From: an uncultured Gammaproteobacteria bacterium
GTDB lineage: Bacteria; Patescibacteriota; Microgenomatia; Levybacterales; UBA12049
Assembly: GCA_964503265.1 (NCBI GenBank)
Contig: CAZCYO010000002.1
Coordinates: forward strand, 2,604-66,603
Direction of reading: 5' to 3'
Length of the DNA stretch: 64,000 nucleotides
This document shows positions 8,555-17,491 of the stretch, piece after piece. Below the pieces are notes generated by a model, which did no database searches, had not been told where the DNA came from, and worked only from the letters and a program-made list of their open reading frames with translations. Both the position numbers and the translations under genes were made by a program. How positions within the stretch are numbered: the first letter of the stretch is position 1; the number at the start of each line of letters is the position of its first letter.

Positions 8555-10163
8555 TTTAGAAATGAGAACTATTGCACCAAAGCTAGAGAAGAAGTATTAC
8601 GTTGAGTATGCCCGTAAATCCTCAGAGTCTGAGGATAGACAGGTTGAATCAATAAACGACCAGTTGAAAGTTTTAGAAGAAGTCAGTTCAATAAGGAATC
8701 TCCAAATAAAGTTTAAGCCCTTTTCAGAATCTCGCTCTGCAAAATCTCCTGGACGGCCAGAATTTAATAGAATGCTAGATGAAATAAACGAAAGAGGTGA
8801 CATTAAAGGCATTATTGTCTGGAAACTCAATAGACTGTTTAGAAACCCTGAGGACGAGGGAAAAATAAGGCAAATGTTATCAGACGGAAGAATTCTTGAA
8901 ATAGTAACGCCTTCTAAAACCTATTACGAAGCTGATAGTGATTTCGCTATGGCAGTTGAAGGTGCTCAAGCTCAAAGATTTATTAGAGATTTAAGGGAAG
9001 ATACAGCACGAGGTGTAAAAAACAAACTTGATAAAGGTATCGCTCCGATTCTTGCACCTCCCGGGTATCGTAATGCAATTGAAATGAGACAAGGAGAAAA
9101 AACAATTGAACCTCACCAGACCCAGTTTACCCTTGTCAGGCAGTTATTTGAAATCTTCATGACGGGTAATTATTCTGTTCAAGGACTACACGCAGTAGCA
9201 GAAGAAATGGGCATCAGAAGCAATAGGGGTAAAATTGTCAGTAAAACACAGCTTTACGAAATGTTAAGAAATCCATTTTATACTGGCATAAGATTTATCT
9301 ACGCTGAAAAGCTCTATACAAATGGAGCACATAAGAGGATGCTTCTCGATGAAGAGTTTGACCTTGTGCAGGATATACTAAGTCGAAGAACTCATCCAAG
9401 GGGTCAAATACACACAAATTTACTGACAGGGCTAATGAAATGTGGTGAGTGCGGAATGAGTATTACTTCCGAAGTAAAAGAAAAGAAGTACAAAAATGGC
9501 AAGTCTCAGGTTTTTGTATATTATCGTTGCACTAAGAAAAAAAATGGTATGAAATGCACCCAACCTTACATAAATGCAAAAGAACTTGAAGAGCAGGTTA
9601 TGGAGTATCTTGATGGGCTTGAATTGTCACCAAAGATTGTCGAATGGACAGTAAAATGGCTAAATGTAATGCACAAGAGTCAGGCTGAAACAAGGATAGT
9701 AAAATACAAAAATATTGAACAAACCTACGAAGAAACGTTAAGAAAATTGGATAGAATTGTTGATTTAGTACTTAGCGGATTATTAGGTGTTGAAGAAGGG
9801 AAAACTAAAAAACAGGAGCTTGAACTGGAGAAGAAAAAACTATCAGAGCAACTTGAGGGGATAAATAATCACGCTGATGATTGGAATACCTTAACTATTG
9901 ATACATTCGACTTTGTAAAAAACATTAAAGAAAGATTTTCTAAGGGAACTATTGAGCAACGCAAAACTATTTTACGTACAATTGGCTCGAACCTAGTGCT
10001 AAATGATAGAAAACTTGCGATTGAGGTTCGTAAACCGTTTGAATTCATTATGAAGGCTACTGAAAAACTTGATGAAGATATTTTGGCTCGAACTCCTGAA
10101 TTGCCTGTTATATCAACCCAGGAGGCCTTTTCGGGTCCGAGTATTAATGTTTTGGGTGGATGA
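8541..10163 (+). CDS. large serine recombinase (integrase/resolvase family with zinc-ribbon domain)
   Basis: 540 aa; catalytic region YVEYARKSSESEDRQVESINDQ (Ser nucleophile); recombinase domain; Cys cluster CGECGMS...YYRCTKKKNGMKC; alternative start at M9 (8565). Confidence 0.9.
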   Translation: MKLLDLEMRTIAPKLEKKYYVEYARKSSESEDRQVESINDQLKVLEEVSSIRNLQIKFKPFSESRSAKSPGRPEFNRMLDEINERGDIKGIIVWKLNRLFRNPEDEGKIRQMLSDGRILEIVTPSKTYYEADSDFAMAVEGAQAQRFIRDLREDTARGVKNKLDKGIAPILAPPGYRNAIEMRQGEKTIEPHQTQFTLVRQLFEIFMTGNYSVQGLHAVAEEMGIRSNRGKIVSKTQLYEMLRNPFYTGIRFIYAEKLYTNGAHKRMLLDEEFDLVQDILSRRTHPRGQIHTNLLTGLMKCGECGMSITSEVKEKKYKNGKSQVFVYYRCTKKKNGMKCTQPYINAKELEEQVMEYLDGLELSPKIVEWTVKWLNVMHKSQAETRIVKYKNIEQTYEETLRKLDRIVDLVLSGLLGVEEGKTKKQELELEKKKLSEQLEGINNHADDWNTLTIDTFDFVKNIKERFSKGTIEQRKTILRTIGSNLVLNDRKLAIEVRKPFEFIMKATEKLDEDILARTPELPVISTQEAFSGPSINVLGG

Positions 10164-10229
10164 CGGGATTCGAACCCGCGACCCTCAGTACCACAAACTG
10201 ATGCTCTAACCAACTGAGCTACAACCACC
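10155..10229 (-). tRNA. tRNA-His (anticodon GTG) with encoded G-1
   Basis: Hand-folded cloverleaf: D stem GCTC/GAGC, anticodon stem TCAGT/ACTGA, loop TTGTGGT, T-loop TTCGAAT, G-1 pairing with discriminator C; no encoded CCA. Confidence 0.85.
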
Positions 10230-10238
10230 ATGTTCATT

Positions 10239-10290
10239 TGATGCTCTAACCAACTGACCCCGATTTAATCGGGGCTGAGCTACAACCACC
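10239..10290 (-). pseudogene. tRNA-His 5'-half fragment (acceptor plus D-arm to start of anticodon stem) carrying a 17-nt palindromic insert in the D-loop
   Basis: Minus strand reads GGTGGTTGTAGCTCAG[CCCCGATTAAATCGGGG]TCAGTTGGTTAGAGCATCA, identical to tRNA-His positions 1-31 apart from the insert, then diverges; 8 nt upstream of the intact tRNA. Confidence 0.55.
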
Positions 10291-10452
10291 AAATTAGCTT
10301 TCCTGAGAAAACTGAACTAAATTATAGCATAATCGTGCGAGAATCCCAAAAAAATACTTATACAGCGAAGATACCTAAACCTTTCATGTAAAATGTCTCA
10401 TACATCCACAACAAGAAGAATATTTTTCCAGTCATATTTATATCCTATAATA

Positions 10453-10481
10453 TTGACTTGGAATCAAATTCTTTGTATAAT
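10453..10481 (+). promoter_or_regulatory. sigma70-type promoter (TTGACT-17-TGnTATAAT) for the DUF488 gene
   Basis: TTGACT 10453..10458, 17-nt spacer, extended -10 tgTATAAT 10474..10481; followed by small 5'UTR hairpin and SD gaaggagg. Confidence 0.55.
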
Positions 10482-10528
10482 CACTCCTGAGACGATGTGT
10501 CTCACGAATTTTAGTGAAGGAGGCTTTT

Positions 10529-10966
10529 ATGCCCGTCATTCACATGCTTGGCTACGGGTTGTACCGTAGCGAAGAAGACGTCGGAAAGATGATCAAGGAG
10601 AACGGTATCACAGTAATTGTCGATATCCGTTCGACCTTGGGAAGTCGAAATCGTACGTTTGATGAGTCTCGCTACGGAAGCATTACTAAACTCTGCACTG
10701 AGCTTGGTATTCGCTACGACGCGAGCTTTCATGTCACTCTGGGAGGCCGACAAAATGGCCAGGAGAAGATGACGATTGGCAACTTTCGTGAGTATACAAA
10801 AACACGAAAGTATGCCGAGGAGATCACACGTCTTGAACAACTCGTCGCAGGAGAAAACGGAGGCAATGTCCTCCTTATCTGCTGTGAGCGAGATATAAAA
10901 ACATGTCACCGCAAGGTGATCGGAGAAACATTTCTCAACAAAGGCTGGGATGTAGTTGATCTGTAA
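10529..10966 (+). CDS. DUF488-family protein
   Basis: N-terminus MPVIHMLGYGLYRSEEDVGKMIKENGITVIVDIRS matches DUF488 signature (hxTIGY...LVDVRS) from memory; SD gaaggagg before ATG 10529; GC visibly higher than neighbours. Confidence 0.65.
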   Translation: MPVIHMLGYGLYRSEEDVGKMIKENGITVIVDIRSTLGSRNRTFDESRYGSITKLCTELGIRYDASFHVTLGGRQNGQEKMTIGNFREYTKTRKYAEEITRLEQLVAGENGGNVLLICCERDIKTCHRKVIGETFLNKGWDVVDL

Positions 10967-10991
10967 TCACGTTCAATAGATATGTTTTAGA

Positions 10992-11018
10992 CCTGCCCCT
11001 CTTGGATAGAGGGGCAGG
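10992..11018. terminator. GC-rich hairpin between convergent genes (likely bidirectional terminator)
   Basis: cctgcccctc-ttggata-gaggggcagg 10-bp stem; weak U-tract. Confidence 0.4.
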
Positions 11019-11025
11019 ATTTCCA

Positions 11026-14000
11026 CTAATAGACATGAATAAACTGCTGGTACCGACGTCCACTGAGTGTATTTTCAGCCCGGGCACCAGGTGCCGCTGA
11101 TACTTCCACCATTTCAGCTCCTACACGACTACCTGTTGAATGACATACTACAATCTCTTTTAGACTTGTCACATCAGATGGATCTTTTTTGTAAGCCTGC
11201 AACTTTGTCCGCTCATCAGCTGTTAACATATCCTCAGGCTTTCTCCCATCAAGCACGGCTTCTAAGAAATTAGAATCGTTAGAATGTACTTTTATAGGTT
11301 CTCCAACAATAACTCCTAATTTGCCAAATCGTTCTTTTAAATGTGAACTAATTTCTTGATGATATTTATCACTATTTGTCGTTAAGATATCTTCAAATGC
11401 TATGACAGGAGTACCATCTTTTGTGACATGTACTTTCAGTACTCCTCGTGCCACTTCTTTACCATCTTTCTGAATTGTAATCAATTTTTTATTTCGTGAA
11501 GTTGCGATATCCATGATATATGCATTCTGTTTATTATCCCCATCATAACTCATACAATTAATAAGCTGTTTTGATCGTTGTCCCACTGTTAATAAGTCTT
11601 TGGCATTAGAAGTATCCATAACTGTGATACTCGTACTATTGTTCGCTACTGCTTGCTTCTTTCGCTTCAGCAATCTTACTTTATAGTCCAGTGCTTTTAA
11701 CACAAGAATCTGATCCATCGTCCCACTTTCATCACCATTAGTTTCTAAATTTTTGGCAGACGCAAAGTTACCATGAGGATTTACAACTGACAATGCTTCT
11801 GAAAGTAAGGTAAGCGTATCATCAGTAAAAGTTTTTTCTTCCATAAGTTTAGTGATTTTTGAAAATGCTTGAAGTTGTACTGCTAGTTGTTTAATTTTTA
11901 CCAATCGTGCAGCGTTAGATGCTTTGATAGGAAAATGATGTGATTCAACTACTCCTGCTGGATTTACATCAAGTTCTTTTATAACTGAATCCATTTCCTC
12001 AACAAATGTTTCAGGATTTGTGTGCTGTTGTAATAGTAACGAAACTGTTTCTCTTTCTTTCCATAATGCGGGATTACGAAGCAGGGAAGATGGATTTGCG
12101 ACAACTTCTTCAAATGATGAGTTCATCGCAGCGATATCTCCCATTATATCTGGAATAGTAAATACTTCATTCTGCTGTGTCGCATCATCTGCATTCCATG
12201 CTCGCCAGAAAGCCTCATACTGTTCTGCTTTTTCTGGATTAGATTCAGGATCAAGTGGTTTAAATGGTGTATGACCGATTGTTTCATCGACTTCACCTCT
12301 CCACTGTTTAAAATCTCCCTTAGCGACATGATATGCAACTCCTTTTAAGAGGGGAGTGAGGTTTTCGCGAAATGCTTTCGGGTCAATATCTCGGTGAGGG
12401 TGTTCATAGCGACTTTTCAAAAATAAGAATGGATTGAAATTACCAAATTCTTTATAGACGCCATGTATCTTTTTCATGTGCATTACGAGAGGTGGGTATA
12501 CACTTTTATCAGTCATCCCTAGTACATCTCTGTCATGAGGAGTCAGTTCAAAATATTTGAAAAAGAGAAAAAGTTGCAATTGGTCAGCTGCATTATTCAT
12601 TCGTTCTAAATTTGGGTGATCAACTGCAAGCAATTTATGAAATGCCTGTTTATCAGTAAGTTTTATTGCACTTAATTTTTTAAGCAACTCTTCAAATCCT
12701 TTAGATTTACTCAATTCTGCCTTTTCCATATTTTTCGCCATATCTGAAACTTCTTGTGTCCAATATACCTCTTTTTCTTCCTTCGTCAAGCCAGTCTCTT
12801 TAGACTCATCTGACCCATTCCAAATAGTTTCTTCAGTTTTATCTTTCATAAAATCTGCAGAATATGTTTCGATATACTCTTGCTGTGTTTGTTCATCTTC
12901 TTGAAGTAACTGTGTATAGTCATCAGGAAAATTCTTTTCTACAAATAACCGGGGAGCATCTTTAAATGCATGTGTTTTCGCTTGCTTTATGGCCTTACGA
13001 AGTTCTGTAAGTGTGAGAAATTTATCTGTTGTTTCCAGGCCACGCTCTTTACGATCTTTCTGTATGGCGGGGAGGGTATGTTTCGCATAGTAACTATCTG
13101 TATATGAAAGTTCACGTTGGATAATTTTAAGTAATGGTTGTAATTCTTGAGGGCGAGCAGGATCAACTAAGTCAACGAGCGCTCCAAAATATAACCCTTC
13201 AGTTCCATCCGACGTATTAAAATCGACAAGTTCCTGGATACGAGAAGCTGTTTGTAATAAGTCCTCACGAATCACACCATCTTCAACTACCATTGGAAGC
13301 GTGAAAAAAAAGTCACGCAGGGGCATTTTTAGACCTTTTGCTTTCATCTCTTCGTAAATTCGTGAGATACTCGGATATACTTCATGACCTGCGACATCTA
13401 TGCTTCGATAATACTTAGGAAAAGATTGTAACAACTGTACAGTTTTTTTGAGTGCTACTTTTCGAAGAAATTTATTCTTCGTTTGCTCGATAATTTGTAA
13501 GGGAATATTTAAATCACGAACATCTGGCATACTACCTGCAAGTACAGCATCTAATACTTCACCAAATCGTGCATTATTAACATCTCTGGGTTCATATTTA
13601 TCATCCGCACCACGTGGTGCACCACGTAAATGATGTGAATTTTCGTTATCCAGAAATGTACCGACTTGATCCAAGGGTACTTTCATCGAGTCTAATTTTT
13701 CATATTTTCGTGCAACTCGGGATACAAGTTTCGCTGCATGTTCATTAACAATATACGGAGCGAGATCTCTTTTACGTCTGCCAATGATCGTCTGCATACC
13801 TGGAGTGAGATATTTTGTCGCTTCCGCAAGTATTTCTCCACGGTGACTAGCTTCTTCGGTATGTGCGACAAGGAGAGGATCAAACGTTGAATCATCAGAA
13901 AGTAATCGACCAGCTTGCTGCAAGAATGCTGCTTGGCTTAATCGCTGATTTATTCCATCAACAACAGAATAATTACCATTCATTTCCGCACGATCTCTCA

Positions 14001-14163
14001 CTCCTTCTAAATGATCAATCATACTCTGACTATTCGTTCTAGTAAGAAATGCGACTGCAACTGCACGAGCTTCATCTAGTGAGGCAATTTCTTTAACCCG
14101 TTTATCCACATTCTCATTAAATGTAGATTCCGCAATAAATGGAATTTCGCTCGTTCCCGTCAT
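11026..14163 (-). CDS. large hypothetical cytoplasmic protein (1045 aa), no motif recognised
   Basis: Long uninterrupted ORF; no signal peptide or TM segment; no P-loop, HEXXH or other signature identified by eye. Confidence 0.6.
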   Translation of the reverse strand: MTGTSEIPFIAESTFNENVDKRVKEIASLDEARAVAVAFLTRTNSQSMIDHLEGVRDRAEMNGNYSVVDGINQRLSQAAFLQQAGRLLSDDSTFDPLLVAHTEEASHRGEILAEATKYLTPGMQTIIGRRKRDLAPYIVNEHAAKLVSRVARKYEKLDSMKVPLDQVGTFLDNENSHHLRGAPRGADDKYEPRDVNNARFGEVLDAVLAGSMPDVRDLNIPLQIIEQTKNKFLRKVALKKTVQLLQSFPKYYRSIDVAGHEVYPSISRIYEEMKAKGLKMPLRDFFFTLPMVVEDGVIREDLLQTASRIQELVDFNTSDGTEGLYFGALVDLVDPARPQELQPLLKIIQRELSYTDSYYAKHTLPAIQKDRKERGLETTDKFLTLTELRKAIKQAKTHAFKDAPRLFVEKNFPDDYTQLLQEDEQTQQEYIETYSADFMKDKTEETIWNGSDESKETGLTKEEKEVYWTQEVSDMAKNMEKAELSKSKGFEELLKKLSAIKLTDKQAFHKLLAVDHPNLERMNNAADQLQLFLFFKYFELTPHDRDVLGMTDKSVYPPLVMHMKKIHGVYKEFGNFNPFLFLKSRYEHPHRDIDPKAFRENLTPLLKGVAYHVAKGDFKQWRGEVDETIGHTPFKPLDPESNPEKAEQYEAFWRAWNADDATQQNEVFTIPDIMGDIAAMNSSFEEVVANPSSLLRNPALWKERETVSLLLQQHTNPETFVEEMDSVIKELDVNPAGVVESHHFPIKASNAARLVKIKQLAVQLQAFSKITKLMEEKTFTDDTLTLLSEALSVVNPHGNFASAKNLETNGDESGTMDQILVLKALDYKVRLLKRKKQAVANNSTSITVMDTSNAKDLLTVGQRSKQLINCMSYDGDNKQNAYIMDIATSRNKKLITIQKDGKEVARGVLKVHVTKDGTPVIAFEDILTTNSDKYHQEISSHLKERFGKLGVIVGEPIKVHSNDSNFLEAVLDGRKPEDMLTADERTKLQAYKKDPSDVTSLKEIVVCHSTGSRVGAEMVEVSAAPGARAENTLSGRRYQQFIHVY

Positions 14164-14268
14164 AGTAAAAGTATAGCAATAATATAATAATTCGAATACA
14201 CAATTTATCAGATTCTTCTCTTATTTGCGGTTATGAACGTAACTTGCTAAAATACAGCTATCCACTTT

Positions 14269-14342
14269 GCCCCAATAGCTCAGCTGGATAGAGCACATCG
14301 GTTCTAACGATTAGGTCGGGGGTTCGAATCCCTCTTGGGGTA
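14269..14342 (+). tRNA. tRNA-Arg (anticodon TCT)
   Basis: Hand-folded: acceptor GCCCCAA/TTGGGGT, D stem GCTC/GAGC, anticodon loop GTTCTAA, T-loop TTCGAAT. Confidence 0.85.
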
Positions 14343-14347
14343 CTATG

Positions 14348-15151
14348 CTATTTCTTTTTTAGCATTTCTTTGGTTACTCGAATACTTCTTCCTTTCCCTC
14401 CGAAATCTTCGCATACAAATACTGGTTTTTCAGGTTTACTTAAAGTGGGGGAGTATGTGTAGCCGAGTTCTGCAAAATATACGAGGTCTTCTTTTTTTGT
14501 TATTTTATTCGTAATAAGCCAACGAGCGAATGCTCCTCGAGCGATTTTTGCATGAACGACGACAAAACTTGGCTCATTTGTCCTTGGATTTATTGTTAAA
14601 AAATACGGAGCAACGAGACGATTTGAATCCACATATGGAGTAATTGTTCGGAAATATTCTTCAGCTGCGAGGTTTACGATTAGGCCAGAAGAGGGAAGAC
14701 ACTCAACTATATCTTTTCCCCAGAAATCATATAAATCAGCATATTTTTTATTAGGAAGCGTATATCCCATCTCCAGCCGATATGGTGAGATCCCATCGAA
14801 TGGTCGAATACACCCATACAAACCTGAGAGAATAACAAGTACGCTATCAGCATATTCTCTATCACTTTCTGATAAATCGTTAGCGTGTAGGCCACTGTAA
14901 ATGTCACCTAAAAAACTATCGACTGCTACTGATTGTTTCGTCGGTTCTGTGCTCCACTGAGAAAGTAAGTCGTGTGTTTTCTGGGCGAGAGAAGGGGAGA
15001 CCTCCATACTTTTTATTATTTCTTTCACAGAAAGCGTTCTTATATAGTTTCCAAGTTCCTGTGTTTTAGAGAGAAGTTGTGGCTGTCGCAGTGTTTTACC
15101 GTTATTAGGGACTAACTGCATGGTTTTGGAGGAATGAAGTAAAATAGTCAT
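14348..15151 (-). CDS. yaaA: peroxide stress protein YaaA (UPF0246/DUF328)
   Basis: 267 aa; LSGLYGCIRPFDGISPYRLEMG matches YaaA core LSGLYGxLRPLDxMQPYRLEMG. Confidence 0.85.
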   Translation of the reverse strand: MTILLHSSKTMQLVPNNGKTLRQPQLLSKTQELGNYIRTLSVKEIIKSMEVSPSLAQKTHDLLSQWSTEPTKQSVAVDSFLGDIYSGLHANDLSESDREYADSVLVILSGLYGCIRPFDGISPYRLEMGYTLPNKKYADLYDFWGKDIVECLPSSGLIVNLAAEEYFRTITPYVDSNRLVAPYFLTINPRTNEPSFVVVHAKIARGAFARWLITNKITKKEDLVYFAELGYTYSPTLSKPEKPVFVCEDFGGKGRSIRVTKEMLKKK

Positions 15152-15255
15152 CTTAAATAGTTTCTATGACAATTATACAACATCAAGAATTTTCTAAAAT
15201 TACTAGCAACAAATTTATATTGACAGAACTTCAGAGATAGGTTACTGTTTTATAA

Positions 15256-17007
15256 GTGATGAAATTTTATTCAAGATTTTTAATCTTTGTTGCTTTACTT
15301 ACTGCTGGTTTATTCATTTCTTCTCCATCTGCTTTTGCATCTACCGCTGATAAAGGATATTTTGGTATTACTGGCACAGAGGCAGGAGTACCAAATCTAT
15401 TAACTAATCTCGATGTAAATTCTGTATATACATGGACACAGGGTGGTGGTGCTCCAAATACATCAGGATATACTACTTTTTTAACATTACGCCTCGGATA
15501 TTATTGGTGGAACCATAATAGTCAAAACTTTTTCACTCTAGCAAGTCCTGATCCAACTGGGTGTAATAAAAGCTTCACAGTTCCTTCAAATGGACAAACT
15601 GTTTGGTACAACGAATGCACAATTGATGCACGGATAAATACATTATTTAATTCAGCAAATCAACAAACAGTTCAATATTTCGTGCTGGGTAATGAACCAA
15701 ATATTCGTTCAGATAATGATAGTGACGGAAGTTTGCCGTCAGGATGGGATAATACAAATAGTAATACAACGTTATTAGCACAATATCAAGCAAAGCAGTA
15801 TGAAATTCTCTTTAATCGTTTAACAATATTTAAACAATCTCACCCAAGTTATACCATTAAAGTTGTTGGACCGAGTATACTTGGTTTTTCATCAGCGATG
15901 AATAACGGAGTCTCATGGTTCAACGCATTTAGAACAGCCTATGGATCAAATCCTCCGATGGATTATTTGAATTACCACGCTTATGATACAGCCCTCATTG
16001 GAAGTCCAAATTATGTTCGAAGAATGAGTGTAACTGATGTTGCATCAGATTTATCTTATTTCCGCACAGAAATGAATAATGATGGGTATAGTGGAAAAGA
16101 AATTTTTATAACTGAATTTGGAATACCTAACTGCTCAGTCTCCGCTTGCTCACTAAATTCTGAGAGTGCCTCTCAAACATATCTCGATGGATTGATTAAC
16201 CATTTCAGAGCGAATAAAAGCACATTACTTCTTAAGGGGTGGATGTTATTTAGCTTAAGAAAGCCTCAAAACCCAACACCAGTTGTGTATCCTATTAACA
16301 GTGTAAATCTAACAGATAGTAACGGGAACATTACAACGACCGGTACATGGTATAAAAAGAAAATTGCTCAGGAATTCTGGGATGTTTCACCAACACATCT
16401 TTTCTTTGATCCTATTCAAAAACTAGTTACCACAAAAGCAGCATTAGATGGATCGACGATTAGTGGCTGTGAAGGAGTAGGAAGTACTGGACTTAAAAAA
16501 TACTGTGACTCTCTCATAATTATTAGACAGGAAATGGCTAAATTTCATATCGTGGCGATGAAGGAAAACATCAGTACAAATCCTAACAGTTTTACCGATG
16601 TCGGATGTACTTCAGGTCCTCAATGTGGTGATATCATCTTTTCAAAATATATTGAAAAAATGAAATCACGAGGTATTACTGTAGGCTGTGGAGCCGGAGT
16701 ATTTTGTCCAATGGATCAAGTCAGTCGTGGTGCCATGATTACATTCATCGCACGATCATTTAATGTAGATTTCGCTAATTATACTCCACCTGCAACAAAA
16801 TCATTCGAGGATGTAAATCCAGGGACTACATACTATAAAGCTGTAGAATTTGCTAAATCCAGAGGTATTACAAATGGTAAAAATGGTGGATGTGGATATC
16901 CTCAAGGAACACTTGTATTCTGCCCAGGAGATATGGTTCGAAGAGACGAAATGGCAGCATTCCTCATGAATGCATATCCACTTACTGTTTCTTATTTTCA
17001 ACAATAG
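15256..17007 (+). CDS. secreted glycoside hydrolase (GH5-like) with two C-terminal SLH-like domains
   Basis: Signal peptide; LGNEPN acid/base motif and ITEFG nucleophile motif typical of clan GH-A; C-terminal repeats with SLH-like consensus (FxDV...GI..G......F.P...V.R.E.A.F). Confidence 0.65.
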   Translation: MMKFYSRFLIFVALLTAGLFISSPSAFASTADKGYFGITGTEAGVPNLLTNLDVNSVYTWTQGGGAPNTSGYTTFLTLRLGYYWWNHNSQNFFTLASPDPTGCNKSFTVPSNGQTVWYNECTIDARINTLFNSANQQTVQYFVLGNEPNIRSDNDSDGSLPSGWDNTNSNTTLLAQYQAKQYEILFNRLTIFKQSHPSYTIKVVGPSILGFSSAMNNGVSWFNAFRTAYGSNPPMDYLNYHAYDTALIGSPNYVRRMSVTDVASDLSYFRTEMNNDGYSGKEIFITEFGIPNCSVSACSLNSESASQTYLDGLINHFRANKSTLLLKGWMLFSLRKPQNPTPVVYPINSVNLTDSNGNITTTGTWYKKKIAQEFWDVSPTHLFFDPIQKLVTTKAALDGSTISGCEGVGSTGLKKYCDSLIIIRQEMAKFHIVAMKENISTNPNSFTDVGCTSGPQCGDIIFSKYIEKMKSRGITVGCGAGVFCPMDQVSRGAMITFIARSFNVDFANYTPPATKSFEDVNPGTTYYKAVEFAKSRGITNGKNGGCGYPQGTLVFCPGDMVRRDEMAAFLMNAYPLTVSYFQQ

Positions 17008-17057
17008 ATTTTCACACTACCATCGTGAAAAAAAACACCCATCGAATTATGCTATAG

Positions 17058-17450
17058 TTAGTTCTTACTCGCTGATAATGAAGGCCAGCGGATGGTTACA
17101 ATGACAGAATCTTCGTAGGTTTCGGACTCGTGGGGAATATTTGGTGACCAAATGACATAATCGCCTTCATTCGATAACACAATTTCTTCACCGTGATCAA
17201 ATGTTATTCGATACTTACCACGAATGAGTAGAGAAATTGTTTTAGCGTCTCCTGCTGCTGCTTTACTTGAACGAATTTCGCCTTTGGGATGGATTCCCCA
17301 TTTGACTTCAATATCATTTGTTGTTTTTAGCGGTGTAGTAGGGGATACAAATGCACCAATAAACCATCCACGTTTCCCGTCTTGTCCTTCGGCTATGGCA
17401 TTACCTATTTCAATTTCTTGATTATTCTGTAAATCACTCATCAAACTCAT
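17058..17450 (-). CDS. cupin-domain protein
   Basis: 130 aa; beta-rich small protein with cupin-like His-containing motifs (weak assignment). Confidence 0.45.
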   Translation of the reverse strand: MSLMSDLQNNQEIEIGNAIAEGQDGKRGWFIGAFVSPTTPLKTTNDIEVKWGIHPKGEIRSSKAAAGDAKTISLLIRGKYRITFDHGEEIVLSNEGDYVIWSPNIPHESETYEDSVIVTIRWPSLSASKN

Positions 17451-17491
17451 TATATCAAATGATTATGGCTAAGAATGTCATGCAGTTATGA

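Larger units (their letters stand above)
1..10229. mobile_element. putative integrative genomic island at tRNA-His (R-M cargo plus serine recombinase); left boundary lies outside the window
   Basis: Recombinase stop codon overlaps the 3' acceptor strand of tRNA-His; cargo includes type I R-M, an XRE regulator and a noncoding block; inferred from gene content and tRNA adjacency. Confidence 0.4.

Noticed and set aside
10239-10290. Second functional tRNA gene
   Set aside because: Only positions 1 to about 31 of the tRNA are present, with a 17-nt insert in the D-loop; no anticodon, T-arm or 3' acceptor strand.
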